Numbered from the stretch's first letter, positions 47,011 to 56,797 are shown. The stretch: 64,000 bases of DNA from an uncultured Candidatus Saccharibacteria bacterium (GCA_964555185.1 CAZKRD010000002.1:120438-184437); one strand, 5' to 3'. Made by a program: numbers and translations. The notes: generated by a model from the sequence alone, not told the origin.

Positions 47011-48267
47011 TTAATGTACGGCGCAGGTAATGCAAAGGTCATAGGCGCGGATCAGCATTTTGATCGCTTGTTTCTGTTTTTTAAGATGGCTTTTTTCTGC
47101 TAAGAATCCCTCCAGATCGTATTCAAGGTTAAGTAAGAATTGGGCAGTCGGGGTAATGATATTGCAGTCGCGGATTTTGCCGCGAGCATCAATCCGGTAA
47201 TAATGAAAGAGGAGGCCGCGAGGCGCTTCATTCACTGCCAGTCCTTCCCCTGCTTTCAGCTTGTATTTTTTGTCTGCCTTATTTTTGATTTTTAAAGATT
47301 GAAGCAACTTTTTAGTCTGTTCAATGCAGTGGATAATTTCAATCATCTGGGCCAGAAGATTATAAAAAATATTGTAACAGGGCAGTTCAAACTGCGCCCT
47401 GCTTACTGCCCGCCGCGCTTCTGGATTTAGTTTTTTGTAACTCAAATTAATCCGGGCCAGGGCGCCGACAAGATAAGCATCCTCTTTGAGTTTGACTTTT
47501 TTGACTGGGTCCTCTTCCATCTCCTGAATTTCGGAAGCGGCTTTTAAGAATGCTTTAGCTGTATATTTTTTGTTTTTTGATGTTTTAATTCTGCCTTGAT
47601 CCAGAGCATATTCGCTTAGATCGTCCAGGCCCACGAAGGTGGTGAGCCGGGCAAACTGGGGAAAGGTTAGGTTGTTTAAGAAATCAAAGAGCTGGTTTGC
47701 TGTTTCCAAATTGCTTTCAATTTGATCCAGGATTTTTTGAAGATCAGATTTTTTAGGCAGGACCCGAAAGCCGCCAATTGTGGTTGTGGTCGGGTGGATG
47801 TCGCGGCCGCCAATTAGATTCAGGATCAAGTTGCCAAAGTCGCGGATCTCGATTGCGGCTCGGGCGATTTTTGGATTGATTTTTGCTAGGGTCAGGTCGC
47901 TTTTCAGATTGAAAAAATCCCCCAAAGCTAAGAAGTAGATGTGGGTCATATGGCTTTGGATTTGCTGGCCTAAAAGCATTAGTTTGCGCAGGATGATAGT
48001 CTGCTCGCTTGGCCGGACGGCCAATGCCGCCTCCAAGGCTTTAATTGAGGTTAGGTTGTGGACAGTCGGACAAATGCCGCAAATCCGAGAGGTGATCCAA
48101 GGCGCTTCTGTCCATGGACGACCCAAAAGCAAGCCTTCAATAAACCGCGCTCCTTCCTTGACTTCAATCCGCGCTTTTTTTATCCGACCCGCTTCTAAAT
48201 TTCCAACAAAACCGGCATGACCCTCGATCTTATTTATTTCGTTTATTTTAATTGTTACCTTTTCCAT
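47011..48267 (-). CDS. [NiFe] hydrogenase large subunit (group 3b sulfhydrogenase alpha-like)
   Basis: N-terminal RICGICPTVH and C-terminal DLCITCAVH, the Ni-Fe ligating CxxC pairs. 418 aa. Confidence 0.8.
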   Translation of the reverse strand: MEKVTIKINEINKIEGHAGFVGNLEAGRIKKARIEVKEGARFIEGLLLGRPWTEAPWITSRICGICPTVHNLTSIKALEAALAVRPSEQTIILRKLMLLGQQIQSHMTHIYFLALGDFFNLKSDLTLAKINPKIARAAIEIRDFGNLILNLIGGRDIHPTTTTIGGFRVLPKKSDLQKILDQIESNLETANQLFDFLNNLTFPQFARLTTFVGLDDLSEYALDQGRIKTSKNKKYTAKAFLKAASEIQEMEEDPVKKVKLKEDAYLVGALARINLSYKKLNPEARRAVSRAQFELPCYNIFYNLLAQMIEIIHCIEQTKKLLQSLKIKNKADKKYKLKAGEGLAVNEAPRGLLFHYYRIDARGKIRDCNIITPTAQFLLNLEYDLEGFLAEKSHLKKQKQAIKMLIRAYDLCITCAVH

Positions 48268-48332
48268 TTTTGGTTTTGCTGAAAATAAAAATTAAATAAA
48301 AATTAAAAAATAAAAATTACGGATTGTAAAAA

Positions 48333-49061
48333 TCATTTTCTGTTCCCAAAAATTTCCAGTATCCTCTGATATTCTTTGATCCCTACCATTTTTTTCATTT
48401 TTTCTAAATTTGGTTCGTCTATTAATCCGCGGCATCCAGTGCAGCCAAGTCCGCCGCGGAGACAGACAGCCCCGCACCCGCCCCGGATGATCGGTCCAAG
48501 ACAGGTTTTTCCAGCGAGAAGCAGACAAGAGTACTGCTTGATTTGACATTCATAACAGACGGGCCGATTAGGAAGATAAGGTTTTTGACCATAGGCCAGC
48601 TGTTTTAAAACCTCCAAAATTTCTTTGCCTTCCGGCGGGCAGCCGGGGATTACAAAGTCAACTGCTGTATAAGCGGAAAGCGGTTTTATTTTCAGATTAT
48701 CAATTCTTTTGCTTTGGGGGTAAACATATTTTGCGATTTCGCTTTTTTTGCCGTAATTTTTTATTGCCTGAACACTGCCCAAATGGGCGCAAGCGCCCAA
48801 GGCGATTAAGGTTTTGCTTTTCGCCCGGAGATTTTCTAGTTTCTCCTTTTCTTCTTTGCGGACTACATTGCCTTCTATAATTGTGATGTCGATTTTTAAA
48901 TCCTTTTTCATCTCTTCATCTTCAATCAGGTGAAAATCGATCAACTCGAATTCGTCTAAAACTTCAAAAAGTTCCTGGCCCAGATCCAAGGCAGTAAAAA
49001 GACAGCCATTGCAGGAAGTAAGAGAGGTGATGATTAAAGATTTTTTTGTTTTGTTTTTCAT
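48333..49061 (-). CDS. [NiFe] hydrogenase small subunit (sulfhydrogenase delta-like)
   Basis: ...ITSLTSCNGC..., GACAHLG, GCPP, CYEC, and multiple Fe-S Cys clusters. Confidence 0.75.
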   Translation of the reverse strand: MKNKTKKSLIITSLTSCNGCLFTALDLGQELFEVLDEFELIDFHLIEDEEMKKDLKIDITIIEGNVVRKEEKEKLENLRAKSKTLIALGACAHLGSVQAIKNYGKKSEIAKYVYPQSKRIDNLKIKPLSAYTAVDFVIPGCPPEGKEILEVLKQLAYGQKPYLPNRPVCYECQIKQYSCLLLAGKTCLGPIIRGGCGAVCLRGGLGCTGCRGLIDEPNLEKMKKMVGIKEYQRILEIFGNRK

Positions 49062-49070
49062 TGTTGGCGC

Positions 49071-49856
49071 TTACTTCGAGAACGGTATTTTTTTGTTTTG
49101 ATCTAAATTTAATTTGAAATTTTTTTCTAGGATTTTTCCTGCCCCCGGGTTTTTGCTTTCGGCAATGATTGAGGAAAGCAAATCAAACCGGTAAAGTCCG
49201 GGCTTGCCAAAGTCAATTGTCTCCTTGTTTTGTTTAGAAACCTTAGTGAGGTATTCAATTTGTTTTTGCTTGCTTTCTAATTTTTGAGCAAGCAAGACAA
49301 GCCTTTGGTTTGCGCTTGAATCTATGATTACGCCGAAGTGATGGAAAACATTCTGATTTTTTTTGATTTCCAGATCTCTCGGGACAAAGGCGTTTTTGAA
49401 GATTATTTTTTTTGTCTGAAAGCCGTATTCTAAATCCGCCAAAGTATTGTTGCTTACGGTCCGCAAGTTGGTTGTCTTGCAGACGGTTAAAATATGAGCA
49501 AGGGCATAAGCCGGAGAATAAACCTTTTCAATTTCATTTTCGGACAGAGCGATCTGGTGGTCAATAGCAAAGCAGTCTAAGATATCTTGATCGCGGAGCA
49601 AGGTTTTCCCGTGTTTCTCGGCATAAAAACTGATTGTATTCGGGAAGGCGGTCAGGATGTGCTTTGAAAGAGTAGAGAGTTTAACCGGCGACTGCTTGAT
49701 GAATTTTTTAAGATCGGTTGTGTTAACACAAAAAGGATGCAGGAAGAGCTTGCTTACAGTCTTCACTGCTCTTTCGGTTAGCTTTATTTTCTCAAAATTA
49801 GGCAGGGTTTTTTTTCTGTTTTCATTTAGCTTTTGGATAAGGTCTTCTTTGACCAT
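49071..49856 (-). CDS. Hypothetical protein inserted in the hydrogenase gene cluster
   Basis: 261 aa with no recognisable motifs. Confidence 0.3.
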   Translation of the reverse strand: MVKEDLIQKLNENRKKTLPNFEKIKLTERAVKTVSKLFLHPFCVNTTDLKKFIKQSPVKLSTLSKHILTAFPNTISFYAEKHGKTLLRDQDILDCFAIDHQIALSENEIEKVYSPAYALAHILTVCKTTNLRTVSNNTLADLEYGFQTKKIIFKNAFVPRDLEIKKNQNVFHHFGVIIDSSANQRLVLLAQKLESKQKQIEYLTKVSKQNKETIDFGKPGLYRFDLLSSIIAESKNPGAGKILEKNFKLNLDQNKKIPFSK

Positions 49857-50728
49857 AGTCTGTGTTGAAAAATGACAAGATAGACACCTAAAGAGAGAAG
49901 GATAATCCCCAAGATTTTTAAAGGTAGTATTGTCTGGTCGATAAAGACCAAAGAGAGCAGGGCGGTAAGCGGGGCGCCTAGTGATAGGATCGCGGTCGCG
50001 GTGAAGGCAGGAATGTATTTTAAGCCGTTATAAAACGTGATGACATAAGCAAACAGAATTATACTGCTGATCACAATCCAAATGTATTGCCCTAGAGAGT
50101 CACCTGGGATCATATTAGATAATCCTTGTTTTGCGATTAAGAAAATCAGGATGAAAATTGTGCCAAAAAACATTCTGCCCCAGGCCACGGTAAAAGCGGA
50201 AAGATTTTTCAAGAGCTTTTTAGAGAGCGCGATTTCAAAAGCCCACATCATTGTCGCGATTAAAATTAGAAAGTCTCCTCGGTTGAAGGCCTCTGGTCTG
50301 TATTGGAAATAACAGATACTGCCAGAGAGGATAACAAGCGCGGCAATCAGTTCGTATTTATTTATTTTTTTCTTTAGGAAAATCCAGGAGATCGGAATCA
50401 GCCAAACAAAGAGGGTTTTATGGAACAAGCTGGCTTGAGCCGCCGAGGTGATGGCCAAACCCTTAAAAAACAGCAAGAAAGGGATTGAGCCGCCGATCAG
50501 GCCAACCAGAATCAGTGTCAGCCAGTTTTTGTTTGTTAGGGATTTGAATTCTTTGAGACGGTAGATCAAAAGAATGGCGGTTGTTAGCAGGAGCGCGACA
50601 ATCAGGTTTTTAGCAAAGGTGAAGAAGTAAGGGTCAAGACCTTTTACTCCCCATTTGTTCAAGAAGATCGCAAAGCCGGAAATGACGGCGGCGGTTAAGA
50701 CTAATAGAATACCTTTGGTGGATTTCAT
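49826..50728 (-). CDS. EamA/DMT-family transporter
   Basis: 10 TM helices, two EamA-like halves, 300 aa. Confidence 0.65.
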   Translation of the reverse strand: MKSTKGILLVLTAAVISGFAIFLNKWGVKGLDPYFFTFAKNLIVALLLTTAILLIYRLKEFKSLTNKNWLTLILVGLIGGSIPFLLFFKGLAITSAAQASLFHKTLFVWLIPISWIFLKKKINKYELIAALVILSGSICYFQYRPEAFNRGDFLILIATMMWAFEIALSKKLLKNLSAFTVAWGRMFFGTIFILIFLIAKQGLSNMIPGDSLGQYIWIVISSIILFAYVITFYNGLKYIPAFTATAILSLGAPLTALLSLVFIDQTILPLKILGIILLSLGVYLVIFQHRLWSKKTLSKS

Positions 50729-50805
50729 AATTTTTTAATTTCAAATTTCAAAATCTAAATGTCAAATCAAACTCAAAGTTCAAAATCAAAAAGATTGCAA
50801 ATTTG

Positions 50806-51021
50806 TCATTTGGATTCGGCTTGGTATTTTAAGTGTTTTATTAACCGAAATATATTTCGAGCTTGTTTAGTGGATAGTTTGCCAATAATTAGACTGTTTT
50901 GCTTCAAGATCCAATCTCCTTTTTTAACTGAAACCAAAGAAGAATCAAGGGTGTCTCCTTGTTCTGATTTTGCTTGATTTCCTTTTATTTGAGTTATTTT
51001 TTGAGGTAAAGCAAAACACAT
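50806..51021 (-). CDS. Small hypothetical protein
   Basis: 71 aa, Lys-rich. It abuts the repeat copy C. Could be spurious. Confidence 0.2.
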   Translation of the reverse strand: MCFALPQKITQIKGNQAKSEQGDTLDSSLVSVKKGDWILKQNSLIIGKLSTKQARNIFRLIKHLKYQAESK

Positions 51022-51023
51022 GT

Positions 51024-51230
51024 TAGTTAATTTTCAATTTTCAAGTACCAATGTACTAATCAATTTTCAATTTTCAAGTACCAATTTTCAATCAATTTTC
51101 AATAACCAATAACTAAATGTTCAAACTGTTTGAAAATTAAATCTATTTGAACCTTCGTCCCGAGCTCAGGTCGAGGGAAATTATGATTTGATTGAACATT
51201 GGTCCTTGTAAATTGGTAATTCAAACAATA
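51024..51230. repeat. MITE-like AT-rich intergenic repeat, copy C, carrying a nested GC-rich hairpin insertion
   Basis: It shares ~125 bp with copy B. The element is interrupted at 51152..51180 by CGTCCCGAGCTCAGGTCGAGGGAAATTA and resumes with GATTTGATTGAA.... Confidence 0.7.
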
Positions 51231-51242
51231 TTTTCAACCTTG

Positions 51243-52052
51243 TCAGATGACATCAGGGATATTTTTAATTTTTTCCCAAGCAAACACCGGTCCGTCTTGG
51301 CATACATATTTTCCATTGACCAGGACGCAGTGCTGACAGACGCCAATCCCGCAGTGGATCCGGCGCTCCAAGGACAGATAGATGTTTTTGTCTTTGAATT
51401 TTAATTTTTTTAACCTCTCCAAAACAAATTTATACATAACAGGCGGGCCAACCACGAAAGCAAGGGCTTGTTTTAGAGTTTTATGTTTATCGAATAAAGT
51501 GGTGATTACGCCTACATTGCCGCGCCAACGGGGCTGGCACTGGTCCAAGGTGACTCGGACATCAATTTTGTTTTTGCGCCAGGCCGGAAACTCTTTTTCA
51601 AAGATACGATATTCCTCGCATCGGGTTCCATAAAAAAGTTGTACTTGCCGGTAAGCCCGCCTTTTGCTGATGATGCTTTTTATTACTGAACGGAGAGGAG
51701 CAAGACCAATGCCGCCAGCCACAATCAGGAGATTCTTTTGAGAGATTTTTTCCAAAGGAAAACCATGGCCATAGGGTCCGCGGGCGCCGATTAGATCTCC
51801 TTTTTTTAATTTGAAAAGCGAATCAGTTAAAACCCCTTTCTCTTGGACCGTGATTTGGAATTGTTTGGAATCGTATTGGCTGGAACAAAAAGCAAAGGGA
51901 GCTTCTCCCACTCCAGGCAAAGAGATTTCTGAAAACTGGCCTGCTGTAAAATGGATTTTTTTCTCTGGTTTGATTGTGAAGACTTTTACATTAGGAGCGT
52001 CGCAATAGACGTTTAATATTTTTGCTTTTTGCGGGATGAGGTCGTTTTTCAT
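51243..52052 (-). CDS. Sulfhydrogenase gamma-like subunit (FAD/NAD(P)-binding oxidoreductase with a 2Fe-2S site)
   Basis: Ferredoxin-reductase-type fold. C-terminal CGIGVCQHCV cluster. Confidence 0.75.
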   Translation of the reverse strand: MKNDLIPQKAKILNVYCDAPNVKVFTIKPEKKIHFTAGQFSEISLPGVGEAPFAFCSSQYDSKQFQITVQEKGVLTDSLFKLKKGDLIGARGPYGHGFPLEKISQKNLLIVAGGIGLAPLRSVIKSIISKRRAYRQVQLFYGTRCEEYRIFEKEFPAWRKNKIDVRVTLDQCQPRWRGNVGVITTLFDKHKTLKQALAFVVGPPVMYKFVLERLKKLKFKDKNIYLSLERRIHCGIGVCQHCVLVNGKYVCQDGPVFAWEKIKNIPDVI

Positions 52053-53005
52053 TTCGAGAATTTTTTTATTTTTTCTAGGTTTTTTTGGATATTAATCCCG
52101 ACCGGACAAACCTCGTTGCATCTTCCGCATTGGACGCAGCCAACAAATCCATATTCTTCGGGCATCCGGACAAACTTGTGGTCGTACCAATTGTAGATCC
52201 TTTCTTCAATATTCTTTAAGAATTTGTGCCCGCCCGCAACCTCGGAAAATTCTGAATAAAAGCAGTTTCCCCATTCGCGTTTAACTTTTCCTTCAGTGTC
52301 TGTTTTCAAATCGTAGCAATAACAGGTAGGACAGACCATGGTGCACTTGCCGCAGGCAAGGCATCTTTTGGCTAAATCTTTCCAAATCTTGGCGCCGCGC
52401 GACTTTTTCATTTTTTCTTTGATCTCAAGCCAATAAGCAGAATCTCCGCGGTTTAAGCGAAGCGGGCCTTGATATTCAATATGCTGATAGTCTTCTTGCT
52501 TAAAGTTTTCTAAGATTCTTTGGCCGTCCTCCGAGCCGGTGAATAAGCGATAGGTATTGTCTTGATTTCGATCAATATAAATATCAAATTTTAAATGCCG
52601 TAGGATTTTTTCCTCAAAGTTTTTGTAAGAGAGATTTTGATCAGGGATCGGTGACTTGCCGATAATAATTGTGTTACGTAAACTAGCTTGGAAATAAGGG
52701 TCGCGAGCAAAGATGATCGCGTATTGGGTTAGAGCTTCTAGATCAAACAAAGGAATGCCAAAGATTACCCTTTTTTTTATTGGCGGTTTTTGGGATTCAA
52801 ATTTTTTATTTTGGTATTGGTACAAGACTCTAGAGGGCGGCAAAAATAATTTCCGCAAAGGATAAAAAGATTTTTCGTCTTCTTCAATCTGATCTCCCGA
52901 ATTAATTTTCACAAAATCAACCAGTTCGCCCATTCTTTTGCGCGCCCAAACCTCAAAGCGCAGACAAAGCCAGTCAATAAGATTGTGATAAATAACAGAG
53001 TCCAT
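52049..53005 (-). CDS. Sulfhydrogenase beta-like subunit (4Fe-4S ferredoxin domains)
   Basis: CLACGKCTMVCPTC and CVQCGRCNEVCP motifs. It overlaps the gamma subunit gene by 4 nt. Confidence 0.7.
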   Translation of the reverse strand: MDSVIYHNLIDWLCLRFEVWARKRMGELVDFVKINSGDQIEEDEKSFYPLRKLFLPPSRVLYQYQNKKFESQKPPIKKRVIFGIPLFDLEALTQYAIIFARDPYFQASLRNTIIIGKSPIPDQNLSYKNFEEKILRHLKFDIYIDRNQDNTYRLFTGSEDGQRILENFKQEDYQHIEYQGPLRLNRGDSAYWLEIKEKMKKSRGAKIWKDLAKRCLACGKCTMVCPTCYCYDLKTDTEGKVKREWGNCFYSEFSEVAGGHKFLKNIEERIYNWYDHKFVRMPEEYGFVGCVQCGRCNEVCPVGINIQKNLEKIKKFSK

Positions 53006-53152
53006 GGGGAAATTGTTCTAATTATTTTAATTATTCTAATTGACCTAAACAAACCCCAATGACCAAATCCTAATGACCTAAATGTTTGAATGGTTTTTTA
53101 AAGATTGGGATTTCTGACATTGTTTAGAATCATTAGAACAATTAGAATAATT

Positions 53153-54064
53153 CTATTTCTCTTTTGCCAAATAGTTAAAAGCCGAGATTGCCGCTTTTGC
53201 TCCCTCGCCGGCCGCGATCACGATCTGCTCATAAGCGACATCTGTAATGTCGCCGCAGGCAAAAATTCCTTCTGTACTCGTGCAGCAGAATTTGTCTATT
53301 TTTATTTTGTTATCTTGATCTAATTGAACCAGATTTTTAACAATTTGCGAGTTTGGAATGCTGCCAATTTCAACAAAGACCCCTTCCAATTTTATTTTTT
53401 TCGCTTTTCCGGTCTTGTTATCTTTTATTTTCATCCCCGCTACTAAACTTTGACCAAAGATTTCAGTGATTTGAGTCTGGGTTAAAATCTCAATTTTTGC
53501 TAAAGATTTAACTCGCTCAAGCAGTAGAGGGTCGCCTTTACAGATTGGGCCGGCTTCAATGAGATAAATTTTATTTGCGACCTTGTCCATTTGAATCGCG
53601 GTTTCCAGGCCGGAGTTTCCACTTCCTACCACGGCAACAGTTTTTCCAGCAAATAGGGGTCCATCACAGGTAGCGCAGTAAGTAACGCCTTTGTTTTTGA
53701 ATTTTGACTCTCCTGGCACAGAGAGTCTCCGTGGCTTTTTGCCCATTGCCAGGATGATTGTACTTCCTTTAAAGGTTCCCTTTTCAGTCTTCACCTGAAA
53801 ATCTGAAGGTTCAGCTTTTGTTATTTTGGTCGCCTGATCTTTTTTGATCTCTACGGCGAACTTTTCCAGATGTTTGGTGAGTTTTTGAGCCAGTCCGACT
53901 CCGGTTTCAGAACTAAGCGCGGGGTAATTTTCGACTTCCCATGTCTCCAAAACTTGTCCTCCAAGATTAGGGCTTAGGAGCAGGATTTTTAGTTTTTTGC
54001 GGGCCGCATAGATGCCTGCCGTGATTCCGGCCGGCCCCCCGCCAATAATGATTGTGTCGTACAT
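53153..54064 (-). CDS. trxB: Thioredoxin-disulfide reductase
   Basis: IIGGGPAG, redox-active CATCDG, GSGNSG NADPH site, 303 aa. Confidence 0.8.
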   Translation of the reverse strand: MYDTIIIGGGPAGITAGIYAARKKLKILLLSPNLGGQVLETWEVENYPALSSETGVGLAQKLTKHLEKFAVEIKKDQATKITKAEPSDFQVKTEKGTFKGSTIILAMGKKPRRLSVPGESKFKNKGVTYCATCDGPLFAGKTVAVVGSGNSGLETAIQMDKVANKIYLIEAGPICKGDPLLLERVKSLAKIEILTQTQITEIFGQSLVAGMKIKDNKTGKAKKIKLEGVFVEIGSIPNSQIVKNLVQLDQDNKIKIDKFCCTSTEGIFACGDITDVAYEQIVIAAGEGAKAAISAFNYLAKEK

Positions 54065-54157
54065 AACTTTAATGCAAAAATCAAAATGTAATTCAGAATG
54101 TAAAAATAATTTTGCATTTTACATTTTCATTTTGACCTTTGCATTTTGATTTTTGCA

Positions 54158-54985
54158 TTATTTCTGGCATTTTGAACAAAAGTGGGCTGATCTATTATTG
54201 ATTTTGATCCGTTTAATCGTTGTTTTGCATTTTTTACAAGGGTCTCCTGTCCGGTGATAGACCCTAAGGTGCAGTTGGTGCTTTCCCTTCTTGCCATAAG
54301 CTTCGCGGTACCACTGATCAGAAGTGCCGTGGTGCTTGATCGCCTCGCGCAATACTTTTTTGATTGCTCGATAGAGACTTTGTAATTTTGCAGGCGGGAT
54401 TTTACCAGTCGGGGTTTCGGGATGGATCTTGGCCAGAAACAGCGCTTCGTCAGAATAGATATTGCCGATCCCGCTTATTTTAGCTTGATCAAGAAGCAGG
54501 GTTTTGATTTTTGCGGTTTTCCCTTTGAGGATTTCTTTGAATTTTTGAAAGGTGAATTTAGGCTCCAGAGGATCAGGCCCTAGTTTTTGAATCTTGCCGA
54601 AATCTTTTTCTAACTCCTTTTTAGGGAGAAGCCAGATTTGGCCGAATTTGCGCAGATCATTAAAACGTAGTTCGCAAAGTTTCCCTAAAGAGAACTTAGC
54701 ATGATTATATTTATCCGGCAGATCAGAGGGCTTTCGGATAAAGAGCTGACCGGTCAGCCGTAAATGAATGGCGAGGATTAGTCCGCCTGATAATTCCAAG
54801 AGGATAATTTTTCCCTTTCTTCTAACCTTAATGATTTTTTGATTCTGAATTGTTTGTTGAAATTTTTTCAAGCTATGCCCGACCAGCATTTTGGGCGTGT
54901 CTGAAGAAAAGGCGGTAATCGTTTTGCCGCGGATCCCTCTTTGGAGTTGTCTTACGATGGTTTCGACTTCAGGGAGTTCAGGCAT
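54158..54985 (-). CDS. mutM: Formamidopyrimidine-DNA glycosylase
   Basis: MPELPEVE N-terminus (catalytic Pro2) and C-terminal zinc finger CKKCKTTIKRI...SAHFCSKCQ. I moved the start to this Met. The track ORF is 25 codons longer. Confidence 0.75.
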   Translation of the reverse strand: MPELPEVETIVRQLQRGIRGKTITAFSSDTPKMLVGHSLKKFQQTIQNQKIIKVRRKGKIILLELSGGLILAIHLRLTGQLFIRKPSDLPDKYNHAKFSLGKLCELRFNDLRKFGQIWLLPKKELEKDFGKIQKLGPDPLEPKFTFQKFKEILKGKTAKIKTLLLDQAKISGIGNIYSDEALFLAKIHPETPTGKIPPAKLQSLYRAIKKVLREAIKHHGTSDQWYREAYGKKGKHQLHLRVYHRTGDPCKKCKTTIKRIKINNRSAHFCSKCQK

Positions 54986-55039
54986 AATATCAGTTAAAAG
55001 TGCAAAGTGAAAAGTTACAGCGCGAGCTGTCATTGCTTC

Positions 55040-55095
55040 GTCGCCTCTCGCTCGTTTCACTCGCTTGAGACTCCTCGCAATGACAAATTGAAATT
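55040..55095. repeat. Short inverted-repeat element GTCATTGCTTCG...TCACTCGCT...CGCAATGAC, copy 2
   Basis: The terminal inverted repeats GTCATTGC/GCAATGAC and the internal motifs are shared with 38338..38374. It lies ~55 bp upstream of the fpg start. Confidence 0.5.
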
Positions 55096-55151
55096 TGTCA
55101 CCTTGAACTTTGCCTGCCTGCCGAAGCCTTGGCGTAGGCAGGAATTTTGAA

Positions 55152-56606
55152 CTAATTTTGCCCGATCATTACCGCGATCGGCTGGAGGCGGGCGATTTTT
55201 TTAGTGATTTTACGTTCGACCAGAGCATCAATCACCAGCTCAATATCTTTATAGGCCATCGGCGCTTCGTCCAAGACCTCAAGGACAGATCTAAAGTTGG
55301 TTAAGATATTACCCAGTTTTTTTTCAAACTCTTGGGGCTTGACTTCTCTTTTTGCCTGTGTGCGGGAGAGCCTTCTTCCCGCGCCGTGATTGACAGAATA
55401 GAAAGTCTCTTGAGCATTTTCGCCGGCAACCAGGATGTAAGAAGGGGTGGCCATTGAACCAGGGACAAGCGCGGGGTGGCCGGTTTCTTGATAGATTTTT
55501 GGATTTTGAGGGTGATTTGCCGGCAGAGCCCTAGTTGCTCCTTTGCGGTGGATTAAATACTCTCTGCCCGAAGAGTCTTTTTCAAATTTGGCAATGTTAT
55601 GAGCAACATCGTAGAGCAGTTCCATACCTAAAGCTTCAGGGTCTTTACCGAACATTTCGGCAAAGGCATCTCTGACATCGTGCATAATTAAGTGGCGGTT
55701 ACAGAAAGCATAATTAACCGCTGCTGCCATTGCTTTGAAATAGTTTTGACCCGCTTCGGATCGAATCGGTACGGCAGCTAAGCCCTTGGTCGGGATATAG
55801 AGACCTTGTTTTTGAGCTTCTTCAAACAACGTCTGCATATAATCATGGCCGATTTGATGACCAAAGCCGCGGGAACCACAGTGAATCATTACGCAAATAT
55901 TGTTTTGGGAAAGACCAAAGGTTGAAGCCGCTTTTTCATTATATATTTTTTCGATTACTTGAATATCAATGAAATGATTGCCGCCGCCTAAAGTACTTAA
56001 TTGATTTTCACCTCGCCTTTGCGCCCGGTCAGAAACAGCGCCTAAATCCGCGCCTGCCATGATTCCCCTCTCCTCACAATGTTCAATATCAGAAGGTTGA
56101 CCATAGCCTTTTTGGACCAAAAGAGGTACACCTTTTTTTACAACATCAGCTAAGCTAATGTCTCGTAGTTTGCCCCTTACCCCAGATTTACCTGTGCCCA
56201 GAGGGATCCGTTTTTCAATCTTACGCATTAGCTTTCTTAATTTCGGCTTGTCTATTTTTTTATTCTTTCCTTGGAATTTTGAAAGCGGGATCCCTGTTTT
56301 GACAAGTCTCACCCCGCAATTAATATCATAACCAACCGCGCCTGCTGAAATTAATCCTTTTTCAGGATCCATTGCCATCACCCCGCCAATCGGCAAGCCA
56401 AAACCAACGTGGATATCAGGGAGGCCGATTACGGGCTCAATTACGCCCTGAAGAGAAGCGGCAGCGGCCAGTTGATCTAAAGACTCGTCTTCCTCCAGCT
56501 CCTCTTTTAGTTCGTTATTTAAATATAAAACCGCGTCAACCAGCATTTGGCCGTGTTTTTTAATCCGGAAGCGATTTTTGCCGTCAGGCAAAAGATTGTA
56601 TCGCAT
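55152..56606 (-). CDS. rtcB: RNA-splicing ligase RtcB
   Basis: ...GYDINCGVR..., NHAGAGR-like (VNHGAGRR), HNIA. I set the start at MRYNLLPDG, two nt after the ferredoxin stop. Confidence 0.85.
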   Translation of the reverse strand: MRYNLLPDGKNRFRIKKHGQMLVDAVLYLNNELKEELEEDESLDQLAAAASLQGVIEPVIGLPDIHVGFGLPIGGVMAMDPEKGLISAGAVGYDINCGVRLVKTGIPLSKFQGKNKKIDKPKLRKLMRKIEKRIPLGTGKSGVRGKLRDISLADVVKKGVPLLVQKGYGQPSDIEHCEERGIMAGADLGAVSDRAQRRGENQLSTLGGGNHFIDIQVIEKIYNEKAASTFGLSQNNICVMIHCGSRGFGHQIGHDYMQTLFEEAQKQGLYIPTKGLAAVPIRSEAGQNYFKAMAAAVNYAFCNRHLIMHDVRDAFAEMFGKDPEALGMELLYDVAHNIAKFEKDSSGREYLIHRKGATRALPANHPQNPKIYQETGHPALVPGSMATPSYILVAGENAQETFYSVNHGAGRRLSRTQAKREVKPQEFEKKLGNILTNFRSVLEVLDEAPMAYKDIELVIDALVERKITKKIARLQPIAVMIGQN

Positions 56607-56608
56607 AT

Positions 56609-56797
56609 TTACTTTTTGATTTTGATTGCTTCTACCGGGCAGGCTTGGGCCGCGTCCTGGACATCGCACCCTTCTGCTCCTTCTGGCTTTAACACCTTTG
56701 CTTTGTAGGTATCCTGGTTTAGTTTAAAAACTTGAGGGCACATTGTCTCGCAAGTATTACAGCCAATACATTTTTCTTGATCAATGGTTATTTTCAC
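56609..56797 (-). CDS. Small 4Fe-4S ferredoxin
   Basis: CIGCNTCETMCP ... CP. 62 aa. Confidence 0.65.
   Translation of the reverse strand: MKITIDQEKCIGCNTCETMCPQVFKLNQDTYKAKVLKPEGAEGCDVQDAAQACPVEAIKIKK

Noticed and set aside
48292-48549. 85-aa ORF overlapping the hydrogenase small-subunit gene
   Set aside because: It is out of frame within the delta-subunit CDS, whose Cys-cluster motifs are read in the other frame.
49071-49856. Calling the 261-aa hydrogenase-cluster protein a maturation factor (HypB/HycI) or a DHH phosphoesterase
   Set aside because: It has no GTPase P-loop, no HycI-type protease motifs and no true DHH triad (only AIDHQ). It is left as hypothetical.
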